64,000 bases of DNA from Coraliomargarita sp. (GTDB lineage Bacteria; Verrucomicrobiota; Verrucomicrobiia; Opitutales; Coraliomargaritaceae), in assembly GCA_965216325.1 (NCBI GenBank), contig OZ244160.1, forward strand, positions 2,816,001 to 2,880,000, in the 5' to 3' direction. The translations under genes were made by a program, and so were the position numbers. Positions within the stretch are counted from its first letter, which is position 1, and every line of letters starts with the position of its first letter. Below the pieces are notes generated by a model that was not told where the DNA came from, searched no databases, and saw nothing but the letters and a program-made list of their open reading frames with translations. Shown in pieces: positions 1 to 12,351 of this stretch.

Positions 1-933
1 CTGTGTGCCTTGGCGAATAAGGGCGAGACCGCTATTGAGGTTGCTGGATTTGCCAGTGCGTTTCGAGAGCTAGCGATCGATCCGCAAGTTGGAGAGTGGT
101 CTGCTCGTGCAATTGATATTGTTGGCACGGGCGGCGATGGTGCGGGCACTTTCAATATTTCAACGGCAGTCTCATTTCTGGTAGCGGCGAGCGGTGTGCC
201 TGTTTTGAAGCATGGTAATCGTTCGATTACATCCAAATGTGGTAGTGCTGACATGATTGAAGCGGTCGGTGTTCGTTTGGATGCCTCGCACGAAGTGTTG
301 CGCGAATCGATCCGCGAACTGAATTTTTGCTTCTTTTTTGCACCGGCCTTCCATCCCGCTTTTAAGGAGATTATGCCAGTGCGCAAGGAGCTTGCGGCTG
401 AAGGCCAGCGCACGATCTTTAATCTGCTTGGGCCGTTGATTAACCCCGGGTGTCCAGCGCATCAGCTCATGGGGGTATTTTCCGAAGGCTGGGTTGCGCC
501 TCTGGCGTCTGCGCTGAATGAGTTGGGCCTGAAGCGTGGTTTAGTGGTGCATGGTCGCCCAACTCCGCAGCAGCCGCTCGATGAATTGAGTTGTGCGGGC
601 GAGAATATTGTTGCGGGCTTTGGCGAGCTGGCCTCCGTGAACGGTCCGCTGAGCCCGATGGATGCAGGTTTAGCTCCGTGTGATTTTAGCGATCTTGCCG
701 GTGGGGATGCCGAAGCAAACTTGCAACTAATGCGAGCGTTGATGTCTGGCTCCGCCGATGCGGTTCCAGCTGGCTTGCGTGATACCGTCTTGCTGAATGC
801 AGGGGCAGCGCTCTGGTCCGTGGGGCGTGCGGACGATCTTAAGTCTGGAGTCGAGCAGGCGCGGGCGACTTTGGAGAGTGGCGCAGTGGAAGCCTGGCTC
901 GGTAAGGTGAAGGAGTTTTACGCCTCCAAGTAA
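1..933 (+). CDS. trpD: Anthranilate phosphoribosyltransferase (5'-partial; frame open from the window start)
   Basis: DIVGTGGDG, NISTA and KHGNRSITSKCGSAD motifs. Confidence 0.95.
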   Translation: MCALANKGETAIEVAGFASAFRELAIDPQVGEWSARAIDIVGTGGDGAGTFNISTAVSFLVAASGVPVLKHGNRSITSKCGSADMIEAVGVRLDASHEVLRESIRELNFCFFFAPAFHPAFKEIMPVRKELAAEGQRTIFNLLGPLINPGCPAHQLMGVFSEGWVAPLASALNELGLKRGLVVHGRPTPQQPLDELSCAGENIVAGFGELASVNGPLSPMDAGLAPCDFSDLAGGDAEANLQLMRALMSGSADAVPAGLRDTVLLNAGAALWSVGRADDLKSGVEQARATLESGAVEAWLGKVKEFYASK

Positions 934-946
934 GCAACAAGGAATT

Positions 947-2311
947 ATGGGAAAGTATTTTGGAACGGATGGCATTCGCGGGGCGGTGGGCTCTGAGTGC
1001 ATTAATGAAGTTTTTGCATTCCGTATGGGCTATGCGCTCGGCGAGTATTTGAACGGTTCTGAGGATGGGGCTCCGCGGCATGTGGTGATTGGCCGTGATA
1101 CCCGTATGAGTGGTCAGGATTTAGCGGATGCCATGACGCGCGGTCTAAACGCGCGCGGTGTGTATGTGCATGACCTTGGCATTGTACCGACGCCTGCAGT
1201 TGCTCAGGTCGTTATCGAGCGACATGCAGATCTGGGAGTTGTCATCACTGCATCCCACAATCCATATACGGACAATGGGATTAAGCTCTTTGACTCTGCC
1301 GGCTGTAAATTCAGTCAGGAGGAGGAGCTCGTTATTGAGCGCTTTATTGAGCAGGCTCAGGCGATTGATGTGGATTCTGGGCAGCAGTCTGCTTCTGCGG
1401 ACTCATATCCACTCGATGGTGCGTCTTATTACATTAATCGGATCAGTTCACTCATGCATCAAAACTGCATGTGCAAGTTGAAGATCGTTTTGGATGTTGC
1501 CAATGGTGCGACCTGCGAGACTTCGCCAGCCGTTTTTCGGCAGCTGGGTGCGGATCTGATTCTGGTCGGCGACAACCCGGATGGTGAGAACATCAATGCG
1601 GGGGTGGGCAGCGAGCATCCGGAACTGCTTGGCAAAGCGGTTCGCGATCACCAGGCCAATGTCGGCATTGCGCACGATGGCGATGGTGATCGATTGGTCG
1701 TTTGCGATGAGAACGGTGATGCGATAGATGGCGACGTGATTCTTGGCCTCTTTGGCCTGTATGCGCTGCGTTCAGGTGCCTTGGCTCAGAATACATTAGT
1801 TGCGACGATTCAGAGCAACCTCGGGCTGGATGCTGCGATTAAGCGTGAGGGCGGTCAGGTTCAGCGTGTGGATATTGGTGACCGTAATGTCGCTGCGCGC
1901 ATGCGGGAAATTGGCGCTAATTTTGGTGGCGAGAACTCGGGGCATATTATCTTTTCCGATTTTGCCAGCACGGGCGACGGGCTATTGGCCGCGCTTAAGC
2001 TGGTCGATTTAATGTGCAAGACGGGCAAGCCATTGTCCGAACTTGCCACTGAGGTGTCGTTGTTTCCGCAGTTTACGGCTAATCTCAAGGTGGAGGAAAA
2101 GTTGCCGCTTGATGGCTTAGCGACTGTTCAGGCTGCACTGAAAGCGATTGGAGCGGATCTTGGGGAGGAGGGGCGTGTTCTGATTCGCTATTCCGGGACC
2201 GAGCCGAAATTGCGTCTTCTAGTCGAGGGGCCAGAGCCGAAGGCTGTCGAGGCTGCGCTGGAATCACTGAAAAAGGCCTGTCAGGCGGATTTGCAGGTAA
2301 TTGGTGGTTGA
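947..2311 (+). CDS. glmM: Phosphoglucosamine mutase
   Basis: KYFGTDGIRG, TASHNP phosphoserine loop, DGDGDR, GGENSGH, RYSGTEP. Confidence 0.95.
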   Translation: MGKYFGTDGIRGAVGSECINEVFAFRMGYALGEYLNGSEDGAPRHVVIGRDTRMSGQDLADAMTRGLNARGVYVHDLGIVPTPAVAQVVIERHADLGVVITASHNPYTDNGIKLFDSAGCKFSQEEELVIERFIEQAQAIDVDSGQQSASADSYPLDGASYYINRISSLMHQNCMCKLKIVLDVANGATCETSPAVFRQLGADLILVGDNPDGENINAGVGSEHPELLGKAVRDHQANVGIAHDGDGDRLVVCDENGDAIDGDVILGLFGLYALRSGALAQNTLVATIQSNLGLDAAIKREGGQVQRVDIGDRNVAARMREIGANFGGENSGHIIFSDFASTGDGLLAALKLVDLMCKTGKPLSELATEVSLFPQFTANLKVEEKLPLDGLATVQAALKAIGADLGEEGRVLIRYSGTEPKLRLLVEGPEPKAVEAALESLKKACQADLQVIGG

Positions 2312-2451
2312 CCGTAGGCCAGTGAGGGCGCAGCTATAAAGGCTTGTTTACACACACTTGTTATTCGTTTCCCCACCGATTGCCGCTAATCTGATGTGCC
2401 AGCACAGAGGCTATTGATTTTCTGAATTCTAATTCTGACTCCTTTTTAATT

Positions 2452-3858
2452 ATGGAAGAAATTACCCTGAAAGATCTGGATCCCCGTCTACAAAAGCAAA
2501 TTGAGAATGCCCGTAAGTCTTTGGATAAGAATTCAACTTACTCTGTCGACGTGTTGACCAATATTGTGAATCGCAATCCGGGCTGTGTGGAGGCTCGTCA
2601 ATTCTTGCGCCAGGCACAGCAACGAGCAGCCGGGGGGAAGACCAAGGGCTTTGGTAAGCTACTCAGTAAGGTTACCAGTATCCCATTCTCTATGGGAAGT
2701 GACTCGAAGGTGAAAAAGGACCCCGCCAAGGCGATGGAATCTGCTGAAGATTTGCTCAAGGCTAATCCAGAAAATCCTGTTGGGCATAAGCTCTTGGGGG
2801 CAGGCGCTGAGGAACTGGGCTTGTTTGGGACCGCTGCCTTTGCCTATGAAACCCTGTATAAGATCGAGCCAGATAATTACGAGAACATCAAGTCCCTGAT
2901 GAATGCTTATATTGAGCTTGGTCGCGCGGAAGAGGCAATACGTCTGGGAGAAGCGGCTTATCGTAAAAATCCCGCAGACGATGAAGTGCAGGCCCTCGTC
3001 AAAAAGGCCTCTGTCCAGCAGACCATGGAGAAGGGGAAGTGGGAAGAGGATAAGAGCTTCCGCGAAAAACTTAAGGACGAAGATGAAGCGCAGAAGCTGG
3101 AGCAGGCTTCTCGTGCTCAGACGGGTGAAGCAGGTCTGCGCATGCTGATCGAAGAGGCGAAGAAGGGCCTCGAAGAAGAACCGGGCAACATGAATCTCTA
3201 CCGTGACCTTGCGAGCCACTATCGCAAGCTCGGTGAGTTTGACAATGCGCTTGAGTGGGTTGGTAAGGCCCGTGAAACCGAAGCTGGCCGCGCCGACGTC
3301 AACCTCGAGCGTATGGTCGCAACTTTGAAGCGCGAGAAGATGACTGCTGCGATCACCGAGCAGGAAGCGATCCTTGAGGGCGACCCGGAGAATGCTGCGG
3401 CTACTGCGGAGCTTGAGAAGCTTCGTGCTGAGGAGCATGCCTTCCGGCGCGAGCAGGCTGAAGATCTTGTTCAGCGCTATCCGAATGAATTCAGCTACCG
3501 TTACGAATTGGGTGAACTCTACTTCGAAGATGGTGAGGTCGATGCCTCAATCAAGGAACTGCAGCTGGCGCTGCGTGCACCTAAGGTGCGTGTGAATGCG
3601 CTCATCCTCCTCGGTAAGGCTTACAAGGCGAAGACTTTCTACGACATGGCAGCCGAGCAGTTCACGACTGCAAAGGGCGAAATCCCAGGCGTTAGTGATC
3701 AGAAGAAGGATGTGCTGTATGAGCTTGGTAATTGCTACGAGCTACAAGGTAAAATGGACGAAGCGATGGTCGAATACAAGGCGCTGTATGGGGCGGACAT
3801 TGCTTATCGCGACGTGGCGCAAAAGATCGACGACTTCTACACCAAGAAGAACGATTAG
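2452..3858 (+). CDS. Tetratricopeptide-repeat protein
   Basis: 468 aa with repeated TPR-like helices (YELGELYFEDG, LGKAYKAK, YELGNCYELQG). Confidence 0.8.
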   Translation: MEEITLKDLDPRLQKQIENARKSLDKNSTYSVDVLTNIVNRNPGCVEARQFLRQAQQRAAGGKTKGFGKLLSKVTSIPFSMGSDSKVKKDPAKAMESAEDLLKANPENPVGHKLLGAGAEELGLFGTAAFAYETLYKIEPDNYENIKSLMNAYIELGRAEEAIRLGEAAYRKNPADDEVQALVKKASVQQTMEKGKWEEDKSFREKLKDEDEAQKLEQASRAQTGEAGLRMLIEEAKKGLEEEPGNMNLYRDLASHYRKLGEFDNALEWVGKARETEAGRADVNLERMVATLKREKMTAAITEQEAILEGDPENAAATAELEKLRAEEHAFRREQAEDLVQRYPNEFSYRYELGELYFEDGEVDASIKELQLALRAPKVRVNALILLGKAYKAKTFYDMAAEQFTTAKGEIPGVSDQKKDVLYELGNCYELQGKMDEAMVEYKALYGADIAYRDVAQKIDDFYTKKND

Positions 3859-3885
3859 GCCTTCGATCGAACTGATATTCTTTTT

Positions 3886-3919
3886 AAAGCGCTGCTCGTA
3901 ATGGGCAGCGCTTTTTTTT
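3886..3919 (+). terminator. Rho-independent terminator
   Basis: Stem AAAGCGCTGCTC/GGGCAGCGCTTT followed by a T run, just after the TPR gene. Confidence 0.8.
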
Positions 3920-3994
3920 GTGCATTGTCTAATCTTAGAGCATGCTCCTTGGGTATTGCTTATCTAGTGCTTGAATTGCGACAAATCGGCACTC

Positions 3995-5086
3995 ATGATG
4001 GTGAGCAAAATGAAATTACAGCGCCTCGCACTTTCTCTGTTTATTGTCGTAACGGTTTTTTATCTGTTGCACATCGGGCAGGCGCTTCTGCAGCCAATCG
4101 TAATTGCTGGGGTGATTGCCTATCTGATCAGCATTCTCTCGCATGCGATTAGTTGGGTTCGGGTTGGCAGTTTTCAGATGCCGCGAGCTTTGGCGATGGT
4201 TTTGGCTATTGGAATTATCTTAACTTCGCTGACACTGTTGATTCAGCTGATCACGGTGAACATTACGAGTGTGGTGCAGAAGGCTCCGCACTTTCAGGAG
4301 AATCTCGAAAGTCGAATCTATGAAGGCTATGCACTTTTTGGGGTGGAGCGGGAGGAGGCTCCCAATCTCCGAGAGTTTTTGAATGAGATCGACATTCGTA
4401 GCTACTTGCAGGATTTCGGCCGCACAGTGCGTAACATTATCAGTCGCACGGGAATTATTTTCGTCTACCTGATCTTTCTTCTCTTTGAGCAGCGCACCTT
4501 CCGGCCCAAGATTAAGGCGATGTTCCCCGATAAGTTCCAGCAGCGTGAAGTGTTTACGATCATCGACCATATCCGTAAAGATGTGCGTTCCTACCTGGGT
4601 ATTAAGGTGCTGACCAGTGCGGCAACCGGTCTGATTAGCTATATTATTCTGCGCTTTGTGGGACTTGAGTTTGCTAGCTTCTGGGCAGTATTGATTTTTC
4701 TGCTGAACTTTATCCCCACGATTGGTTCAATCATTGCGACAATCTTTCCGTCCGCCTTGGCGCTGGTTCAGTTTGATACCATTGGGCCCTTCGTTTTAGT
4801 GGTCGTCCTGCTGACGAGCGTGCAGATTCTGATCGGTAGCTTTATCGATCCGAAGTTGATGGGCAACAAGTTGAACCTCAGTCCGATGGTCATTCTGATT
4901 TCTCTCGGATTGTGGGGCGCTGTGTGGGGCATCCCCGGGATGTTCCTCTGTGTGCCGTTTACGGTGATCATTATGATCATTTGTGCCTACTTCCCATCAA
5001 CGCGTCCAATTGCGATTATGCTGTCTGGAAACGGTCAGCTTACGATCGGGCAAGACGAGCTGATCAGGGGCAGGACGGAGTCGTAG
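3995..5086 (+). CDS. AI-2E family (PerM/YhhT-like) transporter; start uncertain (3971, 3995 or 4010)
   Basis: Multi-TM protein with FLLNFIPTIGS and PKLMGNKLNLSP...WGAVWGIPGMFLCVP motifs. Confidence 0.9.
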   Translation: MMVSKMKLQRLALSLFIVVTVFYLLHIGQALLQPIVIAGVIAYLISILSHAISWVRVGSFQMPRALAMVLAIGIILTSLTLLIQLITVNITSVVQKAPHFQENLESRIYEGYALFGVEREEAPNLREFLNEIDIRSYLQDFGRTVRNIISRTGIIFVYLIFLLFEQRTFRPKIKAMFPDKFQQREVFTIIDHIRKDVRSYLGIKVLTSAATGLISYIILRFVGLEFASFWAVLIFLLNFIPTIGSIIATIFPSALALVQFDTIGPFVLVVVLLTSVQILIGSFIDPKLMGNKLNLSPMVILISLGLWGAVWGIPGMFLCVPFTVIIMIICAYFPSTRPIAIMLSGNGQLTIGQDELIRGRTES

Positions 5087-5276
5087 GCTGATTCCTTCAA
5101 TTTGGATCTAAGGCGGGCTGGGGGAGCCTGTTGGTTTTGTGCTGCCTGTACCCATGGCTCGTTTGGGCCTTGTAACAACTTGTTCGCCTGTGGATAAGTG
5201 GATCAAGATCTTGCTCAGGAGTGACTTAAGTTACTTATGCCCAATTTGTTCACAGTGATTTGTGGCGGAATTTTTC

Positions 5277-5309
5277 TTGACTGGTGGGGTGAAATGGGGC
5301 GATATGGGG
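5277..5309 (+). promoter_or_regulatory. dcw promoter with MraZ-binding repeats
   Basis: TTGACT at 5277, then three TGGGG repeats at 5285, 5295 and 5305 with 10-bp period, matching the known MraZ operator layout. Confidence 0.75.
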
Positions 5310-5333
5310 CGTATTGGTAAGCCAAGCTAACGA

Positions 5334-5798
5334 ATGGGTCTATTAAACATAGGAGGTTTTGTCGGTGAATTTCACCACAACGTGGATGACAAGGGTCGTC
5401 TCACGATCCCTTCTGCGTGGCGCCCAGAGCAGGGTAGCGAGGAAAATATGTTCCTTGCATTGCCGAATCACACTCGTGGTTGTGTCACTGTTTATCCTCC
5501 GAAGATGATCAAGCAGCTCGAAGAGCGTATTTCGCAGATCAGCCTTGGGGATGAAGAGGGGCAGCAGGCGATTGCCGAACTGATGGCCATGGCGCACAGC
5601 TTTAGCTGCGATAAGTCGGGCCGCATTAATTTAAACGACAAGCTGATCTCGTTTGCGGAGATCAAGAAGGGCGCAGTCCTTCTTGGTACGCTTTCGACCT
5701 TCAGCATCTACAGCGAAGAAGTTTACGAAGCCATGAGCACAAAGGCACCGAGCGATCCCGCAAAGCGCGCAGAGGTGTTCAAGCGTTTCGGACTTTAA
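5334..5798 (+). CDS. mraZ: Division/cell wall cluster transcriptional repressor MraZ
   Basis: [18 protein letters not shown] and DKSGRI repeats; heads the dcw cluster. Confidence 0.93.
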   Translation: MGLLNIGGFVGEFHHNVDDKGRLTIPSAWRPEQGSEENMFLALPNHTRGCVTVYPPKMIKQLEERISQISLGDEEGQQAIAELMAMAHSFSCDKSGRINLNDKLISFAEIKKGAVLLGTLSTFSIYSEEVYEAMSTKAPSDPAKRAEVFKRFGL

Positions 5799-5818
5799 TC
5801 TAAACCCAAGGCGAACCT

Positions 5819-6052
5819 ATGCGAAACGTCCTCCAAGCCATTGCACGCGAAAATTTCCGGTCCTCCGGATACATCACCCATCCGGGTGGCGAGCGACGCA
5901 AGCCATGGACGTTCACCAATCCGCCGAAGAGCCCTTTTTTGATAACTGACACCGTTAGCGTGGCGCTGCAACGCCGCGAGAACGCATTACTACGACAACG
6001 ACCGAAAACCTCCCTCATAAGACACTGCCTGAATGTTATCCTCCATCGATGA
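5819..6052 (+). CDS. Possible small hypothetical protein between mraZ and rsmH
   Basis: 77-aa ORF fills the gap and overlaps the rsmH start; no recognisable motif. Confidence 0.3.
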   Translation: MRNVLQAIARENFRSSGYITHPGGERRKPWTFTNPPKSPFLITDTVSVALQRRENALLRQRPKTSLIRHCLNVILHR

Positions 6053-6989
6053 TACTTTGAATCCTGCCGCATTTGGTGGCCACATTCCCGTTTTGCTCCG
6101 CGAAACGCTGGAATTGTTGAGCCCGCGTGCAGGAGCAAAGCTACTTGATGGAACGTTTGGGGGTGGCGGCCACACTCGAGCTGTGCTCAGTGCGGCCGAG
6201 GGAGTGACGGTTGTGGCGACGGATCGTGACCCGGCCGCAGCGCCGCGTGCGGAAAAAGTTAAAGCTGAGTTTGGTGATCGCTTCCGCTTCTACGCCATGA
6301 ACTTTGGCGATCTTGCGGAGTTGGAAGAGGAGGGATTCGATGGCATTCTGTTCGACTTTGGACTGTCCTCTTTCCAGCTGGATACCGCCGAGCGAGGCTT
6401 CTCATTTCGCGAAGATGCACCGGTAGACATGCGCATGAATCCGAATGCGGGCATTAGCGCAGCCGAGTTCTTGGAAACCGCCGATGAGGAGGCACTCGTT
6501 CGCGCGGTGCGCAACTATGGTGAGGAAAAGCGTTGGCGTCGCGTGGTTCAGTCGATTATCGATGCACGTGGAACCGGCCGTCTGCAACGCACGCAGTCAC
6601 TTGCCGAGTTGGTAACAGATGCAGTTGGCCCGACACCACGAGGGCGCAAGGCCGTCCATCCGGCAACACGAACCTTTCAAGGAATAAGAGTAGAGGTGAA
6701 TGATGAGTTGAGTGCGATCGAGCGTGGTTTGCCAGCTGCGTTCGATCGCCTCTTGCCTGGCGGCGTGTTGGCCGCGATCAGCTTTCATTCACTCGAAGAC
6801 CGTATCGTCAAGCGCTTCTGCCGTAAGATGGCAGGCCGTCCTGAGCACGCAGGTGATACACGCACCCAGGATGAGCGCGTCGTGCAAGCCAAGATGATTT
6901 CCACGCGCCCGATCTCACCAGCGGATGATGAGATCAGCATTAACCCGCGCAGCCGCAGCGCCCGTATGCGCACACTTCGCAAACTTTAA
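6033..6989 (+). CDS. rsmH: 16S rRNA m4C1402 methyltransferase RsmH (MraW)
   Basis: HIPVLL, DGTFGGGGHT, HPATRTFQGIR, ISFHSLEDRIVK, NPRSRSA. Confidence 0.96.
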   Translation: MLSSIDDTLNPAAFGGHIPVLLRETLELLSPRAGAKLLDGTFGGGGHTRAVLSAAEGVTVVATDRDPAAAPRAEKVKAEFGDRFRFYAMNFGDLAELEEEGFDGILFDFGLSSFQLDTAERGFSFREDAPVDMRMNPNAGISAAEFLETADEEALVRAVRNYGEEKRWRRVVQSIIDARGTGRLQRTQSLAELVTDAVGPTPRGRKAVHPATRTFQGIRVEVNDELSAIERGLPAAFDRLLPGGVLAAISFHSLEDRIVKRFCRKMAGRPEHAGDTRTQDERVVQAKMISTRPISPADDEISINPRSRSARMRTLRKL

Positions 6990-7008
6990 CTAACCAAATA
7001 CTACTGCT

Positions 7009-7383
7009 ATGAACCTGACTGCCCAAACTCGAAATCGTATGTTCTTGATGACGATCATTGCGATCGCAATCGCCGTTGCGAGCGCCTTCGGCATCGTCTG
7101 GATGCAACAACAAATCAATCGCACCGCCAAACACTCGCAGCAAATTGAGCGTGAGATGGAAGAGACCATGCGCCGGCTGCGCACTCTTGATGAGCGTATT
7201 GCAAGCCTGCACCAGCCGGTCGTGCTGCAGGGCAAGGTTGCTGGTGTGCTGCGCCCATCACTCGAAAATCAAATCGTATGGGTTGAGGATCGTCAGGTCG
7301 GCACGGGCCGCGCCTATGTCGCAGCGGATCCATATGAAACTTCCATGGACTTGGCTCTACTAGATTTTAACGCCCAGCGTTAA
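7009..7383 (+). CDS. FtsL-like cell division protein
   Basis: One N-terminal TM segment plus a coiled coil, in the ftsL position. Confidence 0.6.
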   Translation: MNLTAQTRNRMFLMTIIAIAIAVASAFGIVWMQQQINRTAKHSQQIEREMEETMRRLRTLDERIASLHQPVVLQGKVAGVLRPSLENQIVWVEDRQVGTGRAYVAADPYETSMDLALLDFNAQR

Positions 7384-7407
7384 TAAACAACAAACACACG
7401 ACACAAT

Positions 7408-7611
7408 ATGCACGTTACTTCAGACTACTATCGCAATCGCGAACGTAAGCTTTCCGAAATGGGATTGGCTGATCGTTGGCAACATTCCGTGCGCAATGCG
7501 GCACGTGCCGTTGAAGCAACGGCGGGTGAGAAACCGCTGCGTCCGTCGAATCAAACCCTACGTGGTTTGGCTCGCTGCCATCAACAAGCGCACATCCAAC
7601 GCATCGCATAG
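7408..7611 (+). CDS. Small hypothetical protein in the dcw cluster
   Basis: 67-aa ORF with an A/C-rich unstructured leader; fits between the ftsL-like gene and ftsI. Confidence 0.5.
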   Translation: MHVTSDYYRNRERKLSEMGLADRWQHSVRNAARAVEATAGEKPLRPSNQTLRGLARCHQQAHIQRIA

Positions 7612-7620
7612 ATCCGTTCA

Positions 7621-9403
<1,783 letters not shown>

Positions 9404-9432
<29 letters not shown>

Positions 9433-10990
9433 CACCCTTTTATCTGCCTCCAGCGCACGCCAAGGTCTTTCAAATCGTTTTCAGAATCGTCGCTCAAACG
9501 ATCGCTCTCCTTTGAACCCATCTGTTGAGGACTTGGTTCGTAATGTTCCACATGTCGCACGCAAGGGGCAAGGCGATGGGTTGGTCACATGCCTGATTAC
9601 TGATAGCCGCCGTGTCGTGCCGGGTGCATTGTTTTTTGCCATTGGAGGCCTGCGCACGGATGGTAATTTCTATATCGAGGAAGCGGTGGATCGTGGTGCA
9701 GTCGCTATCGTGACCGAACAGGATCTGGGGCCACACTTCCCAATCGATGTGATTCAAGTCGAAGACGTGCGGTCCAGCCTTGCGATGATCGCACGTGAGT
9801 TTTACGAGCGCCCAGATGAGAAGCTGCGCATTGCGGGTATCACAGGCACCAATGGTAAGACTACGGTTTCCATGCTGGTGCAGCACCTGATGGGCGGCCG
9901 TGATAAAGTCGGTCTGGTGGGCACTATCCGCTATGATATTGGTAAGCGCACCTTGCCATCGTTTCGCACCACACCGGAGTCGGTCGACATCTATGCGCTG
10001 CTTGGGCAAATGGTTGACGGTGGTTGCGAGGAAGTCGCGATGGAGGTGAGTTCGCACGGCATCGATCAGAAGCGTGTGTATGGTCTCGATGTCGATGTTG
10101 CGGTGTTCCTCAACTTGACGCAGGACCACATCGATTACCACAAGTCGATGGAGGCTTACTATCAGGCGAAGCGTTCGCTGTTTACTGGTGGGGTTGGTCG
10201 CTTGCCGAAGGCAGCCGTGATCAACGTGGATTGTGAGTATGGCCGTCGTTTACAAAATGAATTGCCCGGCGGTTTGCCAGTCGTGACCTTTGGTCAGGCT
10301 GAAGATGCGCTTGTTCGCGCGGAGAATGTTCAGCTTCTTCCGGACCGAACTGTATTCGACTTGATCTGGCCTGAAGGTCAGGCACGTGTCGAATCGTCAC
10401 TGCTGGGTAGTTACAATGTGAGCAACCTGTTGGCTGCGCTGGCGACTGGCCGTGCCAAGGGGTACTCGATTGATGAGCTATTGTATCGCTTACCAAGCTT
10501 TCCGGGAGTTCCGGGGCGCATGGAAGTGATTCGCGAGGGTCAGGTAGCCAATGTTCTGGTCGACTACGCGCACACGGATGATGCTTTGAAGAACGCGACC
10601 GAGATGCTGCGTGAGATCACTCCGGGCAAATTGGTCGTTGTTTTTGGCTGTGGTGGTGATCGTGATCGCACCAAGCGTGCTCCGATGTTGCAGGCCACTT
10701 TGGAGCACGCCGATCAAGTGATCGTCACTGCAGACAACCCGCGCTCAGAATCGATTGATCAAATCTTTGCCGACATTCGTGTCGGTGCGCCCGCTGACGC
10801 GCCGGTTGAGTATATCCAAGATCGTCGTGATGCGATTTCCCGTGCATTGGATGCTGCAGGTGTGGGGGATTGTGTGTTGATCGCCGGCAAAGGCCACGAG
10901 ACGTTTCAGGAATTTGACGGAACCGTTATTCCTTTCGACGACCGTCAGGTTGCCCGTGAGTTGATTCAACTCAAAACGGGGGAGCTCTAG
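9404..10990 (+). CDS. murE: UDP-MurNAc-tripeptide synthetase MurE
   Basis: GITGTNGKTT, TTPES, MEVSSH, DYAHT, DNPR. Confidence 0.95.
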
Positions 10991-12339
10991 TGGCGCAGTT
11001 CGATCCGCAACAACTAGCAGCATGGACCGGAGGTGAATGGCTAAATGGTCGTCTGCCGGAGAAGGTGAACGGATTTTGTTTCGACGCGCGCCAACTTGAG
11101 GCTGGGCATGGCTTTATCGCGCTGACGGGTGGTGCCCGTGATGGACATGAATTCATTGCCCAGGCAGAAGCCCAGGGAGCCGTTGCAGCTGTGGTCGAGC
11201 GGCCGACCGATGCTGGCCTGCCGCAACTCGTTGTCGCCGACACGCTGCTCGCAATGGAAGCGATTGCGACCGCACATCGCGCAGCTTTCAATCACCCGGT
11301 AATCGGCATTACGGGGAGTTGTGGTAAGACTTCTACGAAGGAGATGCTGCGCCTCGTCATGGGAGGCGAGCAGGCCCACGCGACGGCAGGCAATTGGAAT
11401 AACCGTATTGGAGTGCCAATGACCTTATTCGATCTGGATGTGGCCAAGCACCACGCGGCTGTAATCGAAGCGGGCATCAACCAGCCGGGAGAAATGTCGC
11501 ATCTCGGTTCCATGATTGGTGCAGACTGTGTGATCATCACCAATATTGGTCCAGCGCATTTGGAGTTGCTGGGGACGGTTGAGAATGTTGCCGCTGAGAA
11601 GGTGCAACTGTTTCACAAGGCTCAACCGGAGGCGCTACTCATCCTTCCAAATTCGGCCTATCAGATGCCGGCTCTGGCTGCATGTGCAGATCGCGCGATT
11701 GTATTGGCCAAGGTGAACGAAGCGGTATCTCCGGAGCCAAAGCAAATCGTGCGCTATCGACTCAATGGTAGTCAGTTGCGCATTGGTGATCGGAGCTACC
11801 GAATCGAAAGTTCCAGCTCTGGGATCTGCTTGAATGCCGCGCTCGCGATTGTGGCTGGGCAAGTGATGGGGCGTAGTAGCGATCAGGTGACGGCGATTGA
11901 AGATTGGCAGCCGGATGCTAAGCGCGGACGTATCGCCACGAAAGGCGGGCAGACGTTTTACATTGATTGCTACAATGCCAATCCGACTTCGATGGTGGAC
12001 GCGTTCAAAGCATTCGTCGATGCGGTGCCAGTCGGTCTTCCACGTTGTTATGTGCTCGGTGCGATGAACGAGCTCGGTTCGAATGAATTGCGCTTACACC
12101 GCGAAGTCGCTGAGTCACTGAAGCTTCGCCAACGTGACCGAGTCTGTCTGGTGGGGCCCCAGCATCTAACTAATGCCTACTGTGAGGGGCTCTCCGTGCA
12201 GCCCGAACAGATCACGGTTGCCGATTCCGTTGAAAAAATTGACTCCGTGATTGCGCCTTACTCCGGAGCGATCTTTCTCAAGGGCAGTCGCAGCTATGCG
12301 CTCGAAAAGCTGCTGCCCGAACCACTTCGCACTTCTTGA
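10990..12339 (+). CDS. murF: UDP-MurNAc-pentapeptide synthetase MurF
   Basis: ITGSCGKTSTKE, GNWNNRIGVP, DCYNANPTSM, KGSR. Confidence 0.95.
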   Translation: MAQFDPQQLAAWTGGEWLNGRLPEKVNGFCFDARQLEAGHGFIALTGGARDGHEFIAQAEAQGAVAAVVERPTDAGLPQLVVADTLLAMEAIATAHRAAFNHPVIGITGSCGKTSTKEMLRLVMGGEQAHATAGNWNNRIGVPMTLFDLDVAKHHAAVIEAGINQPGEMSHLGSMIGADCVIITNIGPAHLELLGTVENVAAEKVQLFHKAQPEALLILPNSAYQMPALAACADRAIVLAKVNEAVSPEPKQIVRYRLNGSQLRIGDRSYRIESSSSGICLNAALAIVAGQVMGRSSDQVTAIEDWQPDAKRGRIATKGGQTFYIDCYNANPTSMVDAFKAFVDAVPVGLPRCYVLGAMNELGSNELRLHREVAESLKLRQRDRVCLVGPQHLTNAYCEGLSVQPEQITVADSVEKIDSVIAPYSGAIFLKGSRSYALEKLLPEPLRTS

Positions 12340-12351
12340 TCTTGACCAACC

